DNA from: the human T2T-CHM13v2.0 reference genome, Homo sapiens
NCBI RefSeq assembly: GCF_009914755.1
Contig: NC_060928.1
Length of the DNA: 64,000 bases
Strand: one strand, 5' to 3'
Below the pieces are notes generated by a model. The model searched no databases and was not told the DNA's origin. It was given only the letters and a program-made list of their open reading frames with translations. The position numbers were made by a program, and so were the translations under genes. This document shows, in pieces, positions 1 to 14,300 of this stretch. The number at the start of each line of letters is the position of its first letter. The first letter of the stretch is position 1.

Positions 1-1185
1 GCATTCAAGACATGACTTGGGTGCTCTTAAAAGCATTAGTTTTATGCATTCGCAAAGATATGGTTTGGAATTGGAACTTATGTTTAAAAGGGAAGCTGAG
101 CATAAAAGTTAGAAAAATTTGCAGCCTAACTATGTGATACAAAAGAAAAACCCATTTCTGAGGAGAAATTCAAGCAAACTGCAGAAACTTGCATAAGTAA
201 TGAGGATCAAAACGTTAATCACCAAGACAATGGGAAAAATATTTCCAGGGCATGTCACAGGCCCATAGGCCTAGGAGGAAAAAATGGTTTTGTGGGCTGA
301 GCCCAGGGTCTTGCTGCTTTGTACAGTCTTGAGACTTGGTGCCGTGCATCCCAGCTGTGGCTAAAAGTGGCCAATATACAGCTCAGGCTGTTGCTTCAGA
401 GGGTGGAAGCCCAAAGCCTTGACAGCTTCCATGTGGTGTTGGGCCTGTGGGTGTGCAGAAGTCAAGAATTGAGGTTTGGGAACCTCCACCTAGATTTTAG
501 AGGATGTATGGAAATGTATGGATGTCCAAGTAGAGGTGTGATGTAGGGTCAGGGCCTCCATGGAGAACCTCTGCTAGGGCAGTGTGGAAGGAAAATGTGG
601 GTTGGAGCCCCCACACAGAATCCCCACTGGACATTGCCTAGTGGAGCTGTGAGAAGAGGGCCATCATCCTCCAGACCCCAAAATGGTAGATCCACCAATA
701 GCTTGCAGCATGTGCCTGGAAAAGCTGTAGACACTTAATGCCAGCCTGTGAAAGCAGCCAGAAGCGGGGCTGTACCCTGCAAAGCCACAGGTGCAGAGCT
801 GCCCAAGACCATGGGAACCCACCTCTTTCATCAGTGTGACCTGGATGTGAGACATAGAGTCAAAGGATATAATGGAGTTTTAAGATTTGACTGCCCTGGT
901 GGATTTTGAACTTGCATGGGGCCCTTTGTTTTAGACAATTTTCTCCCATTTGGAATAGGTGTATTTACCCAGTGTCTGTATCCCCATTGTATCTAGGAAG
1001 TAACTAACTTGCTTTTTATTTTCCAGGCTCATAGGCAGAAGGGACTTTCCTTGTCTCAGATGAGACTTTGGACTGTAGACTTTCGAGTTAACGCTGAAAT
1101 GAGTTAAGACTTTGGGGGACTCTTGGGAAGGCATGATTGGTTTTGAAATGTGAGAACATGAGATTTGGCAGGGGCCAGGATGGAA
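1..1185 (+). mobile_element. THE1 (ERVL-MaLR) internal region, 3' part, runs off the left edge
   Basis: Typical THE1/MST-int phrases (GGAGCCCCCACACAGAATCCCCACTGG, GCCCAAGACCATGGGAACCCACC). Purine-rich PPT-like GGCAGGGGCCAGGATGGAA directly before the LTR. Confidence 0.9.
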
Positions 1186-1547
1186 TGATATGGTTCGACT
1201 GTGTCCCCATCCAAATCTCATTTTGACTTGTAGCTCCCCTAATCCTCACATGTCATGGGAGGTACTCAGTGAAAGGTAACTGAATCATGGGGGCAGATTT
1301 TTCCCATGCTGTTTTTGTGATAGTGAATGTCTCATGAGATCTGATGGTTTTATAAAGGGCAGTTCCCCTGCACATGCTCTCTTGCCTGCCACCATGTAAG
1401 ACGTGCCTTGTTCCTCCTTTGCCTTCCACCATGATTGTGAGGCCTCCCTAGCCATGTGGAACGTTGAGTCCATTAAACCTCTTTTTCTTTATAAATTAAC
1501 CCAGTCTCAGTTATTTCTTCATAGCAGCATGAAAATGGACTAATATA
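1186..1547 (+). mobile_element. THE1 3' LTR (THE1B/C/D-like)
   Basis: Starts TGATATGGTTCGACTGTGTCCCC, contains CCATGATTGTGAGGCCTCCC and an ATTAAA polyA signal, ends GGACTAATATA; about 360 bp. Confidence 0.9.
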
Positions 1548-2381
1548 CACTCTAAATGTTATTTACTCTATGTATTCATATTTAGAATAACTACTCAAAT
1601 TTAATCATAGTTAAAATTATTAACTTTTATTCGGAAAGTATTCTAGTAAAATAGGCAAATTTTATGGTTACACTTTCCTTAAACATGGATAATTATTGCA
1701 CCTAATTTACTAGGTTGTTGTGGAAATGAATAAACTAATACATGTAAAATACATGCCTCATCCTAAGAAGTACTAAAGAAATGTTAACTATTGTTATCAT
1801 TATTTTGTTATCAGTCAATCCATTATTAACAAAAACTCATAGTTTAACAATAAATTGTGTTCTGTTCTACCTGTATACCATTCTGGACCAGAATTTGAGA
1901 TATTAGGAACTTCTTTTTATAGTTTTTCTGATTTTCCTAATGAGTGTGACTACATGTATAAATAAATGAGGAAAGAGACACTTGGGAGGCAAACTCCAAA
2001 GTATGACCCATGACTTCCTTTTCTCATTTCTGTTCTACATAATAAAGTTCTGATTGGGATAGACAAAAAGTGCTTCAGACACTTCAAAATATCAGCTGGA
2101 GCTGAAGAGACCAGAATTAGAAACACAACATCCAGTAGAACCAAAGTCTCAACAGCCTTATTTCTAGTTTTTTATTTCACTTAAAAACTTTACTTATCTG
2201 GAAACATACAGATGTTGTTGTTCTTTCTTTTCTTCTTCTGCTGCTGCTGGTAATGATACACACATTTGCTTTTTATGGTGTCTTTTTCTCTCGGAAAGAT
2301 ATACGTATGAGAAAGCACATCATCATTAAAATACTTTCTCAATTTCGAAATAGGATTTGCAGTATAAATAAGCAAGTATTA

Positions 2382-3643
2382 GGAGGAAACTTCAAAATGT
2401 TTATGGAAAATGTGTATTATGAAAAACTATGGATAAATTTCTAAATTATTTTGCAGCAAAATAAACTTGTACTAATTTATCACATGTCTGAATAGATTCT
2501 AGTTTAAGGAACTAAGAGGAATAAGATACCAGTTTGAAAAGAACCTCTATATTTTTAAGTTTTTGGTGAAGTTTACATTGAAGAATGGTGAAATCACTAA
2601 TGCTTTATGAAAATTTTATGAGACAATTCCCCAAAGAAATCGGCAGTTTACAAATGTATAACTCGTTTTAAGAAGGGATGAAAAGATGTTGAAGATGAAG
2701 CCCACAGTGGCAGATCATCTACATCGATTTGCAAGGAAAAAATTCATTTTATTCATACCCTAAATGAAGAGGAATTATGATTAACAGCAGAAACAATAGC
2801 CAATTCATTCAGCTTATACAATTCTGACTGAAAAATTGAAGTAGAGCACACTTTCCACTTGATGTATGCCAAAATTGATGTGCCCAAATCAACTGCAGAA
2901 ATTTTAGATGAGTGAGATTTCAACAGAAATTTTAAATTGGTGAAATTAAGATCCTGAAGCATTTCTTCAAAGAACTATTACAGGAGATGAAACATGGCTT
3001 TACCAGTACACCCTGAAGACAAAACAGAATCAAAATAATGGCTACCCAAGAGATAGAAGTGGTCCAGTCAAAGCAAAATTGGACCAGTCAAGACCAAAGG
3101 TCACGGCAGCAGTTTTGGGGGATGCTCAAGGCATTACACTTCTTGACTTTCTGAAGAGTCAAAGAATGAAAACATCTGCTTTCTGAAGAACCAAAGAATG
3201 ATACCATCTACTTAAGATGAAAGTGTTTTGAGAAAGTGAGCCAAAGCTTTAAAAGAAAAATGCCCAGGAAAGATTTAACAGAGAGTCCTTTTCCACCACA
3301 ACGCTCCCGCTCATTTCTCTCATCAGACAAGGGTAATTTTGTGAGATTTTTGATGGGAAATCATTAGGTATCCCCCTCACAGTACTGATTTGGCTTCTTC
3401 TGACTTCTTTTTATTTCTTTATCTTAAAATGTATGGGAAGAGCATTCATTTTTCTTCAGTTAATAATGTAAAAAGGATTGCATTGACATGTTTAAATTCC
3501 CAAGAACCTCAGTTCTTTAGGGATGGACTACATGGCTGTTGTCATCAGTTGCAAAGTGTCTTGACCTTTATGAAGCTTATGTTGAGAAATAACTTCTTTA
3601 TCTTTTAATTTCATTTTTTCATAAACATAGTACATTCCCTTCG
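2382..3643 (+). mobile_element. HSMAR2 mariner DNA transposon, near full length, transposase disrupted
   Basis: Flanked by TA (2380-2381, 3644-3645) with degenerate TIRs. Mariner motifs ITGDETW (2977-2997), HHNAP (from 3294) and HSTDLASSD (3378-3404, from YSPDLAPSD). No long ORF. Confidence 0.9.
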
Positions 3644-4336
3644 TATACTTTAATGCTTTGAAAGTGTGAGTTAACTATCTAAATCAAATATTTAATATTT
3701 AAATTTGATCTGTCATTTCTAGTACTATTATGGAAGAACATACACTTTTTTCTCTTTTTAAAAATGCAATTTTAAGTTACAGTAAGCTAGTTCTGACACA
3801 TCTACAGATATTTGTGGTAAATGCTCTTCACTGAGAGATACAGGAAATAAATGAGTTTCGCTGAACAAATTCAAAATAGTATTGCAGAGGAATCCTAAAA
3901 ACTTAAGATGTTAAGACCATTCTTCACAAACGACTTCAATAACACATTTGCTACTATTATAATCAATCATCATTTTAATAATCCCTGGTAGAGAACAATG
4001 CACCAAACCACAGCAACTGACGATTCGAGGAAGATGTATGAATGTGTTGGTATAAGTATGTATTTTAAGTAATTCCATTAGCTGATACTCTATATTTGAT
4101 CTTTGGAATCAAAATAAGAAACTAAATATTTGTTGCCTGATGTTATGAAAAACCCACAAAAGCTATGAGAATGGTCAATTCTGGTGCAAAAGTCTATTGA
4201 ACTATAGGTTTATTAAGTAGAATGAAATGAAATTTTTAGTAAACAAAAAAGCAAGGATTAAAGTTCACCAGATCACATTTTTTTTCCTTCCTAATTCAAC
4301 CTTATGGCTGCAATTGTGTTCCTGCTAGTCTGAAGC

Positions 4337-4378
4337 TCTTTTCCTCTAATCGCCAGTCTTTTCCTCTAATCGCCAGTC
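4337..4378. repeat. Perfect 20-bp tandem duplication (TCTTTTCCTCTAATCGCCAG x2)
   Basis: Read directly. Confidence 0.95.
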
Positions 4379-5799
4379 GTTCCCTGCATATGTGCTGTGT
4401 TTCACACGGGGAGAGCTCTTGCCCCAAATGCCTAAGCACTGTAGCTAAATCTCCAAGATACCTGGTTGTGGCCACTGGAGAGCAAAGGACAGGTGCAAGA
4501 AAGCCCCTGGGTAGTTGTATTTTTCCTTTTCACTATGAGATAAATTTGCTTGAAGTCTTTAACAAAGAAAACAGTCATTGGTTCATCTTGCTCATGTTTA
4601 GTTTTTTGTATTTCCTTTCCCTCCTACAGTAGGATGACATCTTAAGCCACTAGATTTAATATCTCAGGCCCCTCTGAAGCTTTCAGTGTCTGCAGAGCTT
4701 TTCTAGCAAATCATCACCCTAGACTTAATTTCAAACAATAAAGACATGAGATATGAATGACTCCATGTGCTATTAATCTATTCCCTTTTAGAAGGCAAAC
4801 TCCCTAAGTGCAAGATATTTTAGTATTGTCTTGACAGTGGCCAAATATAACTTTGAGGTGCTTATTAAATGTAATGCTACTGTTACAATAAATTACTCAT
4901 TTTATAGAAAAAAACCTACAAATCAAATTATGGTTCTTTCAGTTTAACACTAGAAAAACTATGTATGTAAATTCAAAAAAGCAAACAAAGAGGTATATTA
5001 AAGTCATAAGATGGTATTAATCAAAAGACAAATGAATCAGATTACAAAAAAGTAAGTATATAACTAAATCTTGTTAACCATGCTCAATTGTATTTTATGT
5101 AAAATTTGTATTTTATATAAATAACATTATTAAATGAGGTATTATACGAAGAAGTGAATAAAAAATCATAAGATAATTCAAGAAAATAACAGTGAAAAAT
5201 ATATAAGTAGCAAAACTAGAAGGAAAAACAAAATAAATACTGGGTACTCATAACCTCAATAGCATTACTGCAAAAGGAGAAAGGGACAAAGAAAAAGGAC
5301 TGATAGTGAATTGGAAGAATAAAAATGTAGGATTGTACAGCCAAAGGAGACATTTAAATATTTCTAAGAAGGTTATCAAATGTCAAAATTATAATTTATA
5401 ACTGAAATATTAAAAACATAATAAAATGAAAATGTGCCAGTTCAGAATAACTCCAAAGACCCAGAACTTGAAACAAATTAATCTAGGCCTGGAATAATCA
5501 GCAGATAGATCAATTATTTAGAACCCAGTTCAGTTCAGTATTTGCCAGTCTTCTGACATCACCTAAAGTCAAAGGCACTGTGACAGACACGCATAGAAGA
5601 GAAGGAAGGGATTTTGACTAAAAGGTTTGTTGAACCAGTATACTACAGGATTTTTTAGATTAAGACTACAAGTCTTTGTGTATCAGATTCACCTGGGGTA
5701 CTTGTTGAAAATGCAAACATTGTAGTCTTATCCACCTTGTAGAAGCAGAAGGAATATGTAGGTAGAGAATTAGCAATTTATCAGCACCCCCAAATATTC

Positions 5800-5930
5800 A
5801 TATTATATATATATATTTTTAGTATATATACATACTAAATTATATATGTATATACATGTAGTGTATATATACTAGATTATATTATGTATATTTTTATATA
5901 TTTAGTATATACACTAAATGGATATATATC
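5800..5930. repeat. TA-rich low-complexity repeat
   Basis: Degenerate (TA)n tract. Confidence 0.8.
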
Positions 5931-7260
5931 TTCTAGGAGTTTAATTGAAAAGTAGAAGCAGCTCTGCAATATAGAAGATGAAAAAAGATCTGCAAGCCAT
6001 TTACTCACAAAGTCCCATTATAATTCAAGACGCGACAAATTTATCTCGACAGTTGGTAAAATTAATCATTCTAACTTTCAGATTTATAAGGCAGAGATTG
6101 TTTTAAGCCTAAGAAAGAAAAGTTGTGGTAAAATAAATTTACATCTTTATTAAAGTTATGATAAAGCATTTTAAGTTGTTTTCTAATAAAATATTTTTTA
6201 CTTCTCATTTTAGCAAACCAATTTTCTACCTCCCCTCCCTCCATAATAAAGGATCCACTGTGGGAAATATTACAAAAAAGTTCTCCCTCTTTGAAGAAAT
6301 GAACAAATCGAAGGTCTGTGTTATGTGATAATCTTGCTGAAATACGAAAGACACAGGTCAGCTGAAGGGAAAGCATAGAAACCTAAAGTGAACATCCAGG
6401 ATGAATAGAAAGAAGTATTCTACTTAATTTTCAGAAAAAATTCAAGATTAGATTAAAAGTAATGACTGAAAACAGCTAAGAAATGTGTACTTCCACATTA
6501 ACAATATGACTATATCATAAAATATCTTCCCCTTCTGAAACAATGGGATACTGTGTAAATAATGACAAAAATAAGATTAAATTTCTAAATCACCAGAAAT
6601 TTAAAGAAAAAAAATCACTAAAGACAATGCAAAACATAACCAACCAAATGAATGAATCAGAAGCTGAAACCAGAATGGGAAGAGAAAGTAGAAAACAAGA
6701 CTTGTCTGGAGATAAATTACAATTCCAGAAATATAGATAATCAGGAGTCAATGGATGCATATGAAGGGACAGTAAACCAACCCTAGGACCTGTAGCTCAT
6801 TTGAAACCCCATGATACAGCTGGCAAAACCAAACAGGCTATACTTTCTGTGAACATGTTGACTGAGAAAAATTGGAAACTAAAAGGAAATCCATTTGTCT
6901 CTAGGATTCTGGGTGTAAAAAAAATTACAGTTACAATATTAGTCTGTACTAAAACTGAAAATCACAATACTGCTTTCCAACAAATCTAGGTTTCAAATTT
7001 ATATTACTCATGTGTTCATGGAAAATCCAAGCTAAGAAATGTAATTTATCTGGTCTCAAATAGAAGCACCCCCCTGGCAATGTCTGAAGATAAAATGTCT
7101 GAGAATTTTCAGAATTACTAAAAAAACACAAATCCACACTTACAAGAAATACAAAGACAGGCTGCACAACAATTAAAACCGAACCTAAACCATTAGAGTG
7201 ACACTGAGGAACACCAAAGACAAACAAACATTCAGAGAAAATTCAAATTACCTATAAAGA

Positions 7261-8007
7261 TGTATTGACACATCCTAAATTGCCCCACGATAAGACTCAT
7301 CTTCGCTTAATCTCCTCCCTTTGTGCATAGGCTGAATTTGTGACTTCCTTCTAGTCAATAGATTATGACAAAGATGATGAGTGATGGGAATATGACAAAG
7401 GGAATTGTGATCACTTTTTTGATAAGGTTACATTTCATAAGACTCAGTCTTACCAAATTGGAATGAGAGACTCTCCTTTGCTGGCTCTGAAGAAGTAGAG
7501 TGGCATTTGAAAGAGCCTGTGAAAGAGTCACATGGCAATTGCAGGGGCCTGTGGGAGCTGATAGCAGCCTCTGACTGATAGACAGCAAAGAAGCAGACTT
7601 CAGTCCTACAATCCTACATTCACGAGGAGAATTGTAGTCCCAGAAGCCCTACAAACACAAGGAGCTGAATTCTGTTAACCTCTTGAGGTTAAAAAAGAAC
7701 ATACTCTGGAAAGGACTTCAGTCCTACAATCCTACAATCACAAGGTGAATTGTAGTCCCACAAGCCCTACAATCACAAGGAGCTGAATTCTGTTAATCTC
7801 TTGTGGTTAAAAAAGAACACCATGCTCTCGAAAGGAATGCAGCTCAGTGGACACCTTGATTGCAGCTTAGAGAGAGACCCCTAACAGAAGCCCCAGCTAA
7901 ATCACTCCTGGACTTCTGACCCACAGAAATTGTGAGGTAACAAATTTATATTGTTTAAAGCTACTAGTTTGTGCTAATTTGTTATGTAGCTATAGAAAAC
8001 TAAGACA
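7261..8007 (+). mobile_element. MLT1-family MaLR LTR (MLT1E/F-like) with internal tandem duplication
   Basis: TG start and typical MLT1 end TTGTTATGTAGCTATAGAAAACTAAGACA; GACACCTTGATTGCAGC motif. Confidence 0.75.
7596..7835. repeat. Tandem duplication, period about 118 bp, two diverged copies
   Basis: GACTTCAGTCCTACAATCCTACA at 7596 and 7714; both copies end in GAAAGGA. Confidence 0.9.
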
Positions 8008-9620
8008 CATCGTTTTGATACCGGAAGAAGAGTTTGAACCCACAGAAACATGTTCAGAATCTATGAGACATAGCTAAAACAGCCCTCCAAATAAATTTAT
8101 AACATTAAAAGCATATAGCAATATACTGAAAACAAAAAACATAACTCAAAAAGAATAGAAAAAGACTAACAAAGTAAACTAAAATAAATGGAAAAAATTA
8201 CTAAGGTAATTTGAGTTCAAAAACAGAAATAAAAGTGGTTTCTTGAAGAAAAAAACAAAATATACAAAGATGAGGAAGAAGAAGAGAATGAGAAATACAT
8301 GAAATAAGAAATGAAAAAGGTTCAATATTCACCAAAAATACAAGGATTTAAAAACATTTTAAGATTCTATTGTGCAACTGTATGCAACTTAATTTTTAAA
8401 AACTAGATAAAATATATAGCTTTTCAAGAAAATATAACTTATAAAAATGGCTTCAATAGAAGTAGCAACTTTAAACAGTCAAATTTTTGTAGAAGAAATA
8501 AAAGAAGTTGTCAAAGAGCTTCCTCTCTATCCCTTCTCCAAAATTACTAAAACAATGGTTTCAAGGGAAAATTTTATAAAACCTTAAAGACTAAATGATC
8601 TTAATGCTACTTAAACTATGCCAGGGAGTTAATTAAAAAGTACAACTTCCCATTGATCAAGCACAAGAAACAATTAGTGAGCTTGAAGGCAGGCTACATG
8701 AAAATACACAATCAGAGAAAATAAAAGAAAAAAGACTAAAAATGAATAAAGCACAAGTACAAGATCTAGAAAATAGCCTCAAAGGGGCAAATCTAAAGGT
8801 AATTGGCCTTAAAGAGGAGGTACAGAGATAGGGGTAGAAAGTTTATTCAAAGGGATAATAACAGAGAACTTCCCAAACCTAGAGACAGACATCAACATTC
8901 AAGAACAAGAAGGTTTTAGAACACCAAACAGATTTAACCCAAAAAAGACTACCTCAATGCATTTAATAATGAAACTCTCAAAGGTCCAGGATAAAAAATG
9001 ACCCTAAAAGCAGCAAAAGAAAAGAAACAACACACAATGAAGCTCCAATAAGTCTGGCAGCAACCTTTTCAGTAGAAACCTTACAGTCTAGGAGAGAGTG
9101 GCATGACATGTTTAAAGTACAGAAGGAAAATGACTTTTATCCTAGAATAGTATACCTAGCAAAAATATCCTTCAAACGTGAAAGAGAAATAAAGATTTTC
9201 CCAGAAAAACAAAAGCTAAAAGAGTTCATCAACACCAGACCTGTCCTATATGAAATGCTAAACGGACTTCTTCAATGTGAAAGAAAAGGACATTAATGAT
9301 AATAAGAAATCATCTCAAGGCACAAAACTCATTAGTAATAGAAAGTACACAGAAAAACACAGAATGTTATAATGGTGTAATTGTGGCATGTAAACTACTC
9401 ATCTTAAATAGAAAGAATGAAAGATGAACTGGCCAAAAATAATAGCTACAATGACTTTAAGATATAGACAGTATAATAAGATATAAATAGAAACAACAAA
9501 AAGTTAAAAAGTGGGAGGATGAAGCTGAGGCACAAAGTTTTTATTAGTTTTCTCCTTGTTTATTGGTTGGTTTATGCAATCAGTGTTAAGTTGTCACCAG
9601 TTTAAAATAACGGGTTATAA

Positions 9621-10112
9621 CCAAATGTCCACCAAGAGATAAATGAATAAACAAATGTAGCATATTCATACAATGAAATACAATTAGAAAATATTATAGG
9701 AACAGCTATACAAACGAAGTACTTATGACACACGCTACAACAGGGATGAACTTTGAAGACATTGTGCTAAGTGAAAGAAACCATTCACAGTAGACCACAT
9801 GCTGCGCAATGCTATTTATATGGAATGTCCAGAATAGCCAAACCTATAGGGACAAAAAGTAGATTAGTGGTTACCAGGACTGTAGGGGATACAGAGATGA
9901 AGGGGGTGGGATAAAGGGGATGGGAATGACTAAAGGGGTCCACAGGGTTTCTTTTTGGCATAACAAAAAATGTAATAAAGTCAGTTGGGTAACAGATGCA
10001 CAATCAAGTGACTATACTAAAAGTCATTGAATTATACACTTTAAATGGGTGAATTGTATGATGTGTGGATTACATTTCAGTAAAACTGCTTTTTTAAATA
10101 GCAAAATAAAAT
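9621..10112 (+). mobile_element. L1MB7/8-like 3' end fragment inserted in the L1MA inter-ORF region
   Basis: AGTAGATTAGTGGTTACCAGG and CACTTTAAATGGGTGAATTGTATG 3' UTR motifs, A-rich tail. TSD AAAATAACGGGTTATAA (9604-9620) / AAAATAATGGGTTATAA (10113-10129). Confidence 0.8.
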
Positions 10113-11004
10113 AAAATAATGGGTTATAAAATATTTGCAAGCCTCATGGTAACCTGAAGTCAAAAAATAATACAATGGATATAGAAAAAATAAAAAGCAA
10201 GAAATTCAGTATCAGCAGAGAAAAACACCTTTGCCAAAGGAACACAGGAAGGAAGGAAATAAGGGAGAGAAGACCACAAAACAACCAGAAGGCAAATATC
10301 AAAATGGCAGGAGTAAGTCCTTACCTATCAATAATAACATTGAACGTAAATGGACTAAACTCTCCAATCAAAAGACATAGAGTGCCTGAGTAGATTAAAA
10401 AACAAGACCAAACCATCTTGCCTACAAGAAACACACTTTACCTGTAAAGACACAGATAGACTGAAAATAAAGAAATGGTAAAAGATATTTCACGCCAATG
10501 GAAACCAAAAAAGAGCAGAAATAGCTATACTTATATCAGACAAAATAGATTTCAAGATAAAAACTATCAAAGACAAAGATCATTATATAATGATAAAAGT
10601 GTCAATTCAGTAAGAAGATATAACATTGTAAATATAGATGCACCCAAAACTGGAGCACCCAGATATACAAAGCAAATATTTTTAGAGCTGAGAGAGAGAG
10701 GCTCCAATATAATAATAGCTGGAGACTTCAACACCCCACTTTCAACACTGGTCAGATCATTCAGACATAAAACCAACAAGTAAACATCAGACTTAATCTA
10801 CACTATTGACCAAATGGACCTAATTGATATTTACAGAACATTTCATCCAATGGCTGCAGAATACACATTCTTCTCAGCACATGGATCATTCTCAAGGATA
10901 TACCATATGTTAGGCCAAAAAAGAAGTCTTAAAACATTCAAAAATTGAAATAATATTTAATACCAAGTATCTGCTCTAACCACAGTGGAATAAAAGTAGA
11001 ACTC

Positions 11005-11334
<330 letters not shown>

Positions 11335-14300
11335 CTATACAAACTCATGAAAATTGAACAATATGCTCCTGAATGACCAGTGGGTTAATGAAGAAATTAA
11401 TTAGAAAATTGAACAATTTCTTTAAATAAATGATAATGGAAACACAATATACCAAAACCTAGGGGCCACAGGGAAAGCAAAATTAAGAGGGAAGTTTATA
11501 GCTATGAGTGCCTGCATGAAAATAGTAGAAAAACTTCAAATAAACAACCTAATTATACATCTTAAAGCACTAGAAAAGCAAGAGCCAACCAAACCCAAAA
11601 TTAGTAGAGTAAAATAAATAATAAAGATCAGAGCAGAAATAAATGAAATTTAAAGGAAGAAAACAATGCAAAATATCAATGAAACAAAAAGCTAGTTTTT
11701 TGAAAATATAAACAAATTTCACAAAACTTAAGCAGACTAAGAAAAAAAGAGAGAATACCCAAATGAATAAAATCAGAGATGAAAAAGGAGATAGTACAAT
11801 CAATATTTCAGAAATTCAAAGGATTATCAGAGGCCACTATGAACAAATATATGCCAATAAATTGGAAAACCTAGAAGAAATGAACAAATTCCTAAATACA
11901 TACAACCTACCAAGATTGAACCATGAAGAAATCTAAAACCTGAACAGGCCAATAACATGTACAAGATTGAAGCTGTAACAAACAGTCTTTCAGCATTAAA
12001 AAAGTCAGGACCTTATGCCTTCATTGCTGAATTTTACAAAATATCAATCCTTCTCAAGCTATTTTTAAAAATAGAGGAGCGGGGAATACTTCCAAACTTG
12101 TTCTAGGAAGCAACTGTTACCCTGATACCAAAATTAGAAAAAGACACATTAAAAAAAGAAAACTACAGGACAACATCTCTGATGACTATTGATGCAAAAA
12201 TTCTCAACAAAATACTAGCAAACCAAATTCAACAATATGTTAGAAATATCATTCACTATAACCAAGTGGGATTTATCCCTGTGATGCAAGGATGGTTCAA
12301 CACATACAAATCAATGTCACACATCATATCAACAGAATGAAGGACAATCATTTCAATTGATGCCGGAAAAGCATTTGATAAAATTCAACATCCCTTCATG
12401 ATAAAAACTCTCAAAAAACTGGGTACAGAAGACATGCCTCAACATAATAAAAGTAATATATGACAGGCCCACAGCTAGTATCGTACTGAATGGGGAAAAA
12501 CTGAAACTCTTCCTCTAAGATCTGGAAAATGACAAGGATGCTCCCTGTCACCACTGTTATTCAACACAGTACTGGAAGTCCTAGCTTGAGCAATCGAAAA
12601 AGAGAAAGATATAAAGGGCATTCAAATTGGAAAGAAAAAAGTCAAATTATCCTTGTTTGCTGATGATATGATCTTATATTTGGAAAAACCTAAAGACTCC
12701 ACCCAAAAACTAGTGCATACAAAAATCAGTAGCATTTCTGTATGCCAACAGTGAACAATCTGAAAAAGAAATTTTAAAAAGTAAATCCATTTACAATAGC
12801 CACACATAACATTCAATACCTAGGACTTAACGAAGAAGTGAAAGATCTCTATAATGAAAACTGTAAAAAAACTGATGAAAGAAATAGAAGAGGACACCAA
12901 AACATAAAAAAAAAAATCCATTTTCATTGACTGAAAGAATCAATATTGTTAAAATGTCCACACTACCCAAAGCAACCTAAAGATTCAATGTAATCCCTAT
13001 CAAAATACAAGTGACATTCTTCACAGAAATAGAAAAAAAAAAATCCTAAAATTTATATGGAACCACAAAAGGCCCAGAATAGCCAAAGCCATCCTAAGCA
13101 AAAAGAACGAAAACTGGAGGAATCACAATACCTGACTTCAAATTATACCACAGAGCTATACTAACCAAAACAACATGATACTGGCATAGAAAAAGACACA
13201 TACACCAGTGGAACAGAACAGAGAATCCAGAAACAAATTCACACACCTACGGTGAACTCATTTTCAACAAAGATGCCAGGGACATACACTGGGGAAAGAA
13301 CAGTCTCTCAATAAATGGTGCGGGAAAACTGGATATCCATATGCATAAGAACAAAGCTAGACCCCATCTCTCACCATATACAAAAATCAAATCAAAATGG
13401 ATTAAAGAATTAAATCTAAGACCTTAAACCATGAAACTATGATGAGAAAACATTCAGGAAACTGTCCAGGATATTGGTCTGGGTAAAGATTTCTTGAGCA
13501 ATACCTCACGAGCACAGGGACCCAAAGCAAAAATGGACGAATGGATCATATCAAGTTAAAAAGCTTCCACACAGCAAAAGAAGCAAACAACAAAGTGAAG
13601 AGACAACCCACAGAATCAAAGAAAACATTTGCAAACTATTAATCTGACAAGGGATTAATAATAGAATATATGAGGAGCTCAAACAACTCTATAGGAAAAA
13701 AATCTCATAACCTCATTTAAAAATGGCCAAAAGATCTGAATAGATATTTTTCAAAGAAAGACATACAAATGGCAAACAGGTATATGAAAATCTACTGAAC
13801 ATCATTGATCATTAGAGAAATGCAAATCAAAACTACAATGTGATATTATCTCACCTTAGTCAAAATGACTTTTTTCTAAAATACAGGTAATAACAAATGC
13901 TGGCGAGGATGTGTGGCGAGTTGTACACTGTTGGTGGGAATAAAATTAGTACAAAACTATGGAAAACAATTTGGAGTTTTCTCAGAAATCCAAAAATATT
14001 GCTACCATATGATCCAGCAGTCCCACTGCTAGGTATATACCAAAAAGAAAGAAAATCCATATATTAAAGAGATATCTGCATTCTCATGTTTATTGCAGCA
14101 CTATTCACAACAACTAATATTTGGAAGCAACCTAAGTGTCCATCAACAGATGAATGGATAAAGAAAATGTGGTACATATAAACAATGGAGAACTATTTGG
14201 CAAAAATAAAAGAATGAGATCCTGTTATGTGCAACAACATTAATGGAACTGGAGGTCACTGGGTTAAGTGAAAGAAGCCAGGCACAGAAAGACAAACTTC

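Noticed and set aside
319-1473. Several 60-96 aa ORFs
   Set aside because: All lie inside the THE1 element and are chance frames of repeat sequence.
2190-2375. Minus-strand ORF with QQQQKKKRK, resembling an NLS
   Set aside because: Produced by a short CTG/CTT low-complexity run; no convincing splice sites or family similarity.
4595-4632. Strong acceptor-like polypyrimidine tract ending CTACAG/TAG
   Set aside because: No matching donor or open frame identified downstream; such motifs are common by chance.
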